Source: Marsupella aquatica
Lineage: Eukaryota > Plantae > Marchantiophyta
Reading direction: 5' to 3'
Assembly: GCA_973895155.1 (NCBI GenBank)
Contig: OZ316894.1
Span: forward strand, 13,122,828 to 13,186,827
Length of the DNA: 64,000 nt
This document shows positions 59,037 through 64,000 of the stretch, piece after piece. Made by a program: the position numbers and the translations under genes. The notes under the pieces are model-generated. The model ran no database searches, was not told the origin of the DNA, and was given only the letters and a program-made list of their open reading frames with translations. Every line of letters begins with the position of its first letter. Position 1 is the stretch's first letter.

Positions 59037-61131
59037 ATGCAATCACTTAGTGCTTGTTCCTCCAGTTTTTCACGAAGAATGGCATCGCATTGTTCAGTTT
59101 GGTGATCACTTTAAGCTAGCACCGAGCGTTGCTTAAGCTCTTTCGATGTTTCGGGATGGAGTCGCCCTCGGCTTAGTTGTTAGGGTTTTTCCCGGATGTT
59201 GTCTTTAGGAATTCCATAGTTTTTCCTGAAGTTGTTGGCTAGCGCCCAACGCTGCTTTTGTTTTACTGGAAATCCTCAGCCGGGGTCGATCGTGGCTTCT
59301 GTATATCAGATTTCTAGGCATGCAGGTTTTAACTTATATGTGCGTTTTTTGGACCTATGCCGAACGCGTTATGTACTTTGCGATTATATATGGCAGTTTT
59401 ATTTTTCCCCTGCGCATTTTGACATATATTGGTCTCGGATTTTGTTTATCTCAATTGTGAGACGGTTTTATTTGTTGTAAATTACATGATTCCGTCTAGT
59501 CCAATTTCCTTTCACGCAAATTTGATCGTATTGATTTCTATACCAGTAGTTTGAAACGCATGTTTCGTCCACTTTTTTCATGATCACTATTCACTGCTAC
59601 CCAAACACTGTTCATTGGTAACAGTTTCTTCTAGCTGATAACAGTAATTGTTTGCTGTTACTGTTACTGTTATCTGTTTGTTGTCGTTTGTAAATTCCCC
59701 GCTTTCACAGCTCCCAACATTCCTTGCAACAACGGGCGTGGGCCCAGGGCTGTGCACAGCCCCCCGCCATGGCTGATCTGGTAGTGCTTCTTGTGGGTTC
59801 GATGAATTGCCTATTTCAAGCACCATTTGGTCTGCCCAGCTCTGTTGCTCTGCAAGACCAACCGTAGCTCGTGCCCCTGCATTCCAATTGAGTTCCCGCG
59901 CTCCATTTGCGCCTTGCATAGGCACGTCCCTACTTATTCGGGCATCTTGAGCGAAGAATCGATCCCTCAGATTCCCATTCTCCTTGCACAACCTTCTGTG
60001 GCCACCGTCGTCCTCATTTTTGTCACTGCCCCCGGTCCTTGCTTCTTCCATTAGCGAGTCGCCAGCCAAATCACCAAATGCAATCCAAGGTTCCGCCGTG
60101 CGCCGACCCCTGAGCCGTGCAAGAGGCTCCACCGGTCCATAGTATTCCTCCGCCATCTTCCTCCCTACCTTTTTTCACTACCTTAAAGAATTTTTCCCCT
60201 CGGTACCTTCATCCAACATGTGAGACCGCAATGCTTACCTGCCACTTATCCACCACTGTTGCTCGCGAACTCGATTCTAGCCCGCCGCGGCCTCCAGTTC
60301 TTCACAGCACATGGGGCATCTCAACATTGTTCAACTATGGGGTGTCTAAGCACAATTGTAGCGAAGCACCCATACGAGTAGTCCACGGGGATCCTATCAA
60401 GACACCACACAACACTCCACCCTCGTCCTTCTGAATCAGTCAATGTTCTCGACTTCTTCTCTAATGTTGATCTCTTCAGAAATAGTATTCAACCACCCAA
60501 GTTGTATCCTGATTCAGTCACGCATTGTAGCTCTGCATCGACTGGAACTTCACTCAATCGCAGACGCGATTGTATCACAAGTGCCTTGTATCACCTCCTT
60601 CAGACCGGTGCATAGTACATAAGGTGTGCCTCCTTATCAAGACCCCACCAGCACTTATAACAATTTGAATCCCTCCAGGAAGCTCCCCGTCTCACTTCCC
60701 AGTGCTAAACTCTCCGGAATCTGTCACCCGCACATATTGCACTAATCCACCCTAAGACCTAAACCTTCAATGACGGGTTCCCAGATGTGGAGAGATTGAG
60801 AAAGAACAAAAAATGCTTCATTCAATAGCGGTGTCTCACTCATTCCGATTTGGGCCCCCTCGAAACACAAAGCTCGCACACGAATCAAGCTTGGACGGGT
60901 CCAACAGTTCAAGAATAAGCACAAGTCAAGTCCGCATGTGCGCCTGCCAAGCTTCTCACTTTAGTCGCTCAACTCGCAAAACAAGTTCAGTGAGTCACTC
61001 TATTAGTACCTATACCAATATCTTAGTTTGATTATCTGGTTTGTAATCCCGTTTGTAATAATCTCTCCAATGTAGAGTGCATGCTTGGTGCAAGTAGTGC
61101 CCATGCTTGTGGGGATGTTGCCACTGCCCAC

Positions 61132-64000
61132 TGTGGTGCGTCCCATGGCTCCCTAAACCCAAGAAACCCCCTTGCACAAGCCGATTCTCGCAGGTTTTGC
61201 CCTTGGCCAGGTCGGTTTTGCAGCTTAGCGGCATGGGACGCTGCTAACCTCCTTCTACTAACATTTTACACATATATACTGGACAGATCCTTCATCGGGT
61301 CATGAGATACGTAGCCGGCCTCTTCTATGTCTTCCCTTGGTCTCCTCTCTTGGTCTTCCTTTAGGTATGTTTGGATTCCGCCGCCAGAATGATCCCCAAC
61401 TTGCTTGGGTAAGCCGCTAAGACCTCTCTCAGCTTGACACATCCAACTCTTACTACCTTGCTTACTCCCTTCTCTTGGTTGATGTGGGCAATCTTCAAAC
61501 AAGTTAATGCGACACACAAATAGCAAAATGACTCCTTCTGACTGAGTTATACCATGCACTTGCCATACAAATAGTACTTCTCATACACAAGATCTGCAAA
61601 CTAAGCCGTGAGGCCAACTCTATTCATCTCTTAGGCATGAGGAAATGTGAATATACACAAGGGTCATAATATAACTAACCAAAAGCTTCTTTTACTACCT
61701 GATCCCAGCCCTGCTGGTGCACTAAAAACTTGCTAAAGAAGAAGGCCCTGAACTCCCCGCAGCCTAGGTACTTATCCTGGTAGTGGATCCGCCTAATTCT
61801 TTGCAGCATAAGCCTAATCTACCTAACTATAATCTATCTATGTACAGCGAGGCAGGAGCACAAGTGTTGCTCTTACCAATGGATCCGCAATCCCACTAAT
61901 CTAAGTGTCAGGGCCGCCTCCTGGTCGATCCTAATTCTAAACTTGGAGATCTAAGCCCACCCTGCCCACTCACGCCTCCTCCCTCCACGTCCGCCCTCCT
62001 TAAAAGGAGCGGCCCTCCACCACTGTCATGGTAGCGGTGGCTGATCCTCAATGGACGCCCCTAACGCTTCTTCCGCAGCCACTGCCGTAGGTCCTCCTCT
62101 GACAGATTACCTGCCCCGGACCGAGTCAACTCTCCATCGGCCTGACTAGGTCCACCCTCGACTTTGGTCTCAGCATCGGCCACGGCCTCTAATACGGCTA
62201 CGGCCTCCCTGGCATGCTCTAGTGGAGGATCCGATACCCTGGCTTCATCATTGATTGTTCCGGCCTCGGCCTTACCATCCCCGCCTTCTAGGGGTGGATC
62301 TACCGTGATCCTGCTTGAGGTTGGCGCCGGTTGTACCTCCTCTGTCACGACAGCTTGAGAAGCCGCATTACTCCCTGACCCAAAAGGTTTCCGCTTCTTC
62401 TTCTTCCCTGTTTCGGAAGCTGGTCCCTTCCCCTTGCCACTTGTCTCCGACACCGGTGCGAGTGTCGCAGCTTGTCCTTCGGCCAGTACTACTCCTGGCA
62501 ACTTGGTTGCCCCAATTGGACTTGATGAACCCAAGCACTTAAATACTGCGGCTTGTTTCTTTAGCTGCTCTGTTTGGTTGTCGGCTTGCCGCTGTAAGTT
62601 CTCCATCTTCCTTGTGCTTTCCTCCAACTCCTCTTGCACTTCGTCCAGGTCCTTGCGCGCCTCCTCTAGCTCCTTTTGGGCTTCCTCCAATTCCTTCTTT
62701 AAGGTAGCCCTCTCCTCCTGGGTTGCTCTTAGCTCCTTGTCGAGCTCTACTACGACCTTAGACTCCATTTTATTCATCTTGGCATAAGTCTGATCGAGCT
62801 GGTCGTCTTTCTCACGCAGGTTGGCGTTGAAGCTGGCCGTCAGGGATGCAAGCTCTTGCTACAACACAATAATCCCTTGATAGGATTTCCCTAACTCGGC
62901 CTCCTTCTGCTCAAAGGCTCCGCGGATATCCTCGAGTTCCCCCTTCAATGCCCTTTCCCTTCTCTGAGTCTCCGCCATGGCCCGATTGTTGGCTGCTATG
63001 TGGGCCTCCTCTGCGTCCCTCAGCTCCCGCTTCCACTTCTCCCTTTCCTTGACCGCAATGGCCAACTCCCCTGGGTCCGAGTCAGTTTATCCTTGATAAT
63101 CTGATTATCAGACTGAGCGGTATCCAATTGCCCCTGCATGATGTTTAGCTCATGCCGCTTAATCCGCAGCTCATCTTGGGCTTTCTTGGCCGCCTTCAGG
63201 TCTTCCACCTTGGCTTCCCTTGCCCTAAGTCGACGGATGACCTTGTCTTTCTTTCTTCTTTCCAAAGCCACTGCTTCTTCTAATCGGCGTTTTTCCAACA
63301 TCTCCCCTTGGAAAAAAGGTCCCTGCTCCAACTCCTCCCCAAAGATGCTGAGCGCAAGTTCCCCACACATCTCCCCGTACTCCATGGCTCTTTCTTTAGC
63401 ATAGGTGGAGTGAGTAGAAGTCATCGGCATCAACCACCGTGGCCTTTGTTCCCAAGCCGCCTTGCGGATTTCTTCTATCGTGGCTGGAGGGCTGCTTTGT
63501 TTTTCTGCAAGCCGCTTGATGTCCTATGGCCATTCTCCCCCTGGTAAATCTTTCTCCCTAGCCAGGGCTGCCCTCTCTTCCTCCCTGAGTCGCTCCTGAA
63601 ACTCTTGTGCCGTCTGTTTTATGCCATCAAAGCTCGGGGGAGCGACATCTGGCGGGAGGGACTTGGGGCTATTCTGCTGGGTGGGGTCCCCTCGAACTAC
63701 TCTTGGAAGCGTGGGGATGAAACGGCCACAGGTCCTTATTCCTAGGACATGATGGTCTGACCCGTAGCCGGAGTCATCATTGCTGTAGTCCTCCACCGCC
63801 TCCTCCACTGCTTGGACTACCGGCTCCCCCCGCTGCTCCCCTGGTCTTGCCGTGAACACGGCCTCTTGCCAATCATAGCTAGCAGGTCCTAGTTCCTCCT
63901 CTGGCTTCTAGGTTGTCTTCTCCCTCTATTTCCCCTGAACATGAGCCTTAGGCTGCCTTCCCTCGGCTACAGGACTCGAGGCTCCTACATACATTCGAAC
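61132..64000 (-). mobile_element. Second, diverged copy of the family B LTR (runs off the window)
   Basis: TGTGGTGCGTCCCATGGCTCCCTAAACCCAAG matches 7925 onward and is collinear with 7925 to about 10750. The left flank differs. Confidence 0.92.
62025..64000 (-). pseudogene. Family B LTR-encoded coiled-coil ORF, C-terminal part, with stops and frameshifts
   Basis: ORFs 63524-63859, 63020-63433, 62859-63065 and 62061-62777 match 8989-10998, for example DSGYGSDHH..RTCGRFIPTLPRVVRGDP and RAMEYGE.CGELAL. Confidence 0.88.

Larger units (their letters stand above)
43027..59253. mobile_element. Large Mutator-like (MULE) DNA transposon unit, minimal extent
   Basis: Transposase plus a divergent cargo gene. 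The span is defined by the first and last copies of the AGCGCCNGGCGCT motif. TIRs and TSD were not found by eye. Confidence 0.65.
43027..59253. repeat. Dispersed 13-bp palindromic motif AGCGCCNGGCGCT (about 15 copies)
   Basis: Copies start at 43027, 44718, 44829, 47153, 47216, 53219, 53365, 53427, 54523, 55927, 56021, 57911, 57995, 59118 and 59241. The longest is ATACTAGCGCCTGGCGCTAGTAT (47211-47233). Confidence 0.88.

Noticed and set aside
42420-59700. CTGTTACCA / TGGTAACAG matches near 42437-42510 and 59615-59625 as TIRs of the MULE
   Set aside because: Only about 9 bp match, with no extended inverted repeat or TSD visible. The ends remain undefined.
59587-61130. ORF 59587-60156 and neighbouring short ORFs as a host gene
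   Set aside because: No recognisable motifs or consistent exon structure. Probably decayed TE sequence, left unannotated.

Overview
Plant-type eukaryotic DNA made almost entirely of nested transposable elements. A non-seed land plant such as a bryophyte is likely, but that is inference. No recognisable host gene, rRNA, tRNA or CRISPR array was found. 1-30.7 kb is a five-deep stack of Ty3/gypsy elements. The youngest (10979-26274, TSD GGCTA) is intact, with a 2132-aa gag-pol and two near-identical ~4.3-kb LTRs that each contain an intact 618-aa ORF. It sits in a solo LTR of a second family that also carries a long ORF (second copy at 61132-64000). A third LTR family (3956-5895) carries a homologous ORF. 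30.7-42.4 kb holds L1-type LINE fragments mixed with gypsy and LTR fragments. About 43.0-59.3 kb is a large Mutator-like (MULE) unit. It has a GCM/DDE/SWIM transposase on the minus strand and a divergent, decayed gene fusing a ParB/Srx-like N-terminus to a beta-class N6/N4 DNA-methyltransferase-like C-terminus. About 15 copies of a 13-bp palindrome (AGCGCCNGGCGCT) lie almost exclusively in its introns and intergenic DNA. An intact Bianca-like Ty1/copia element with identical 197-bp LTRs (47338-53209) is inserted between the two genes. The two best candidates for undescribed systems are the MULE-borne ParB-methyltransferase with its palindrome array, and the family of LTR-encoded accessory proteins. 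All domain calls come from motifs read by eye; no database searches were run.
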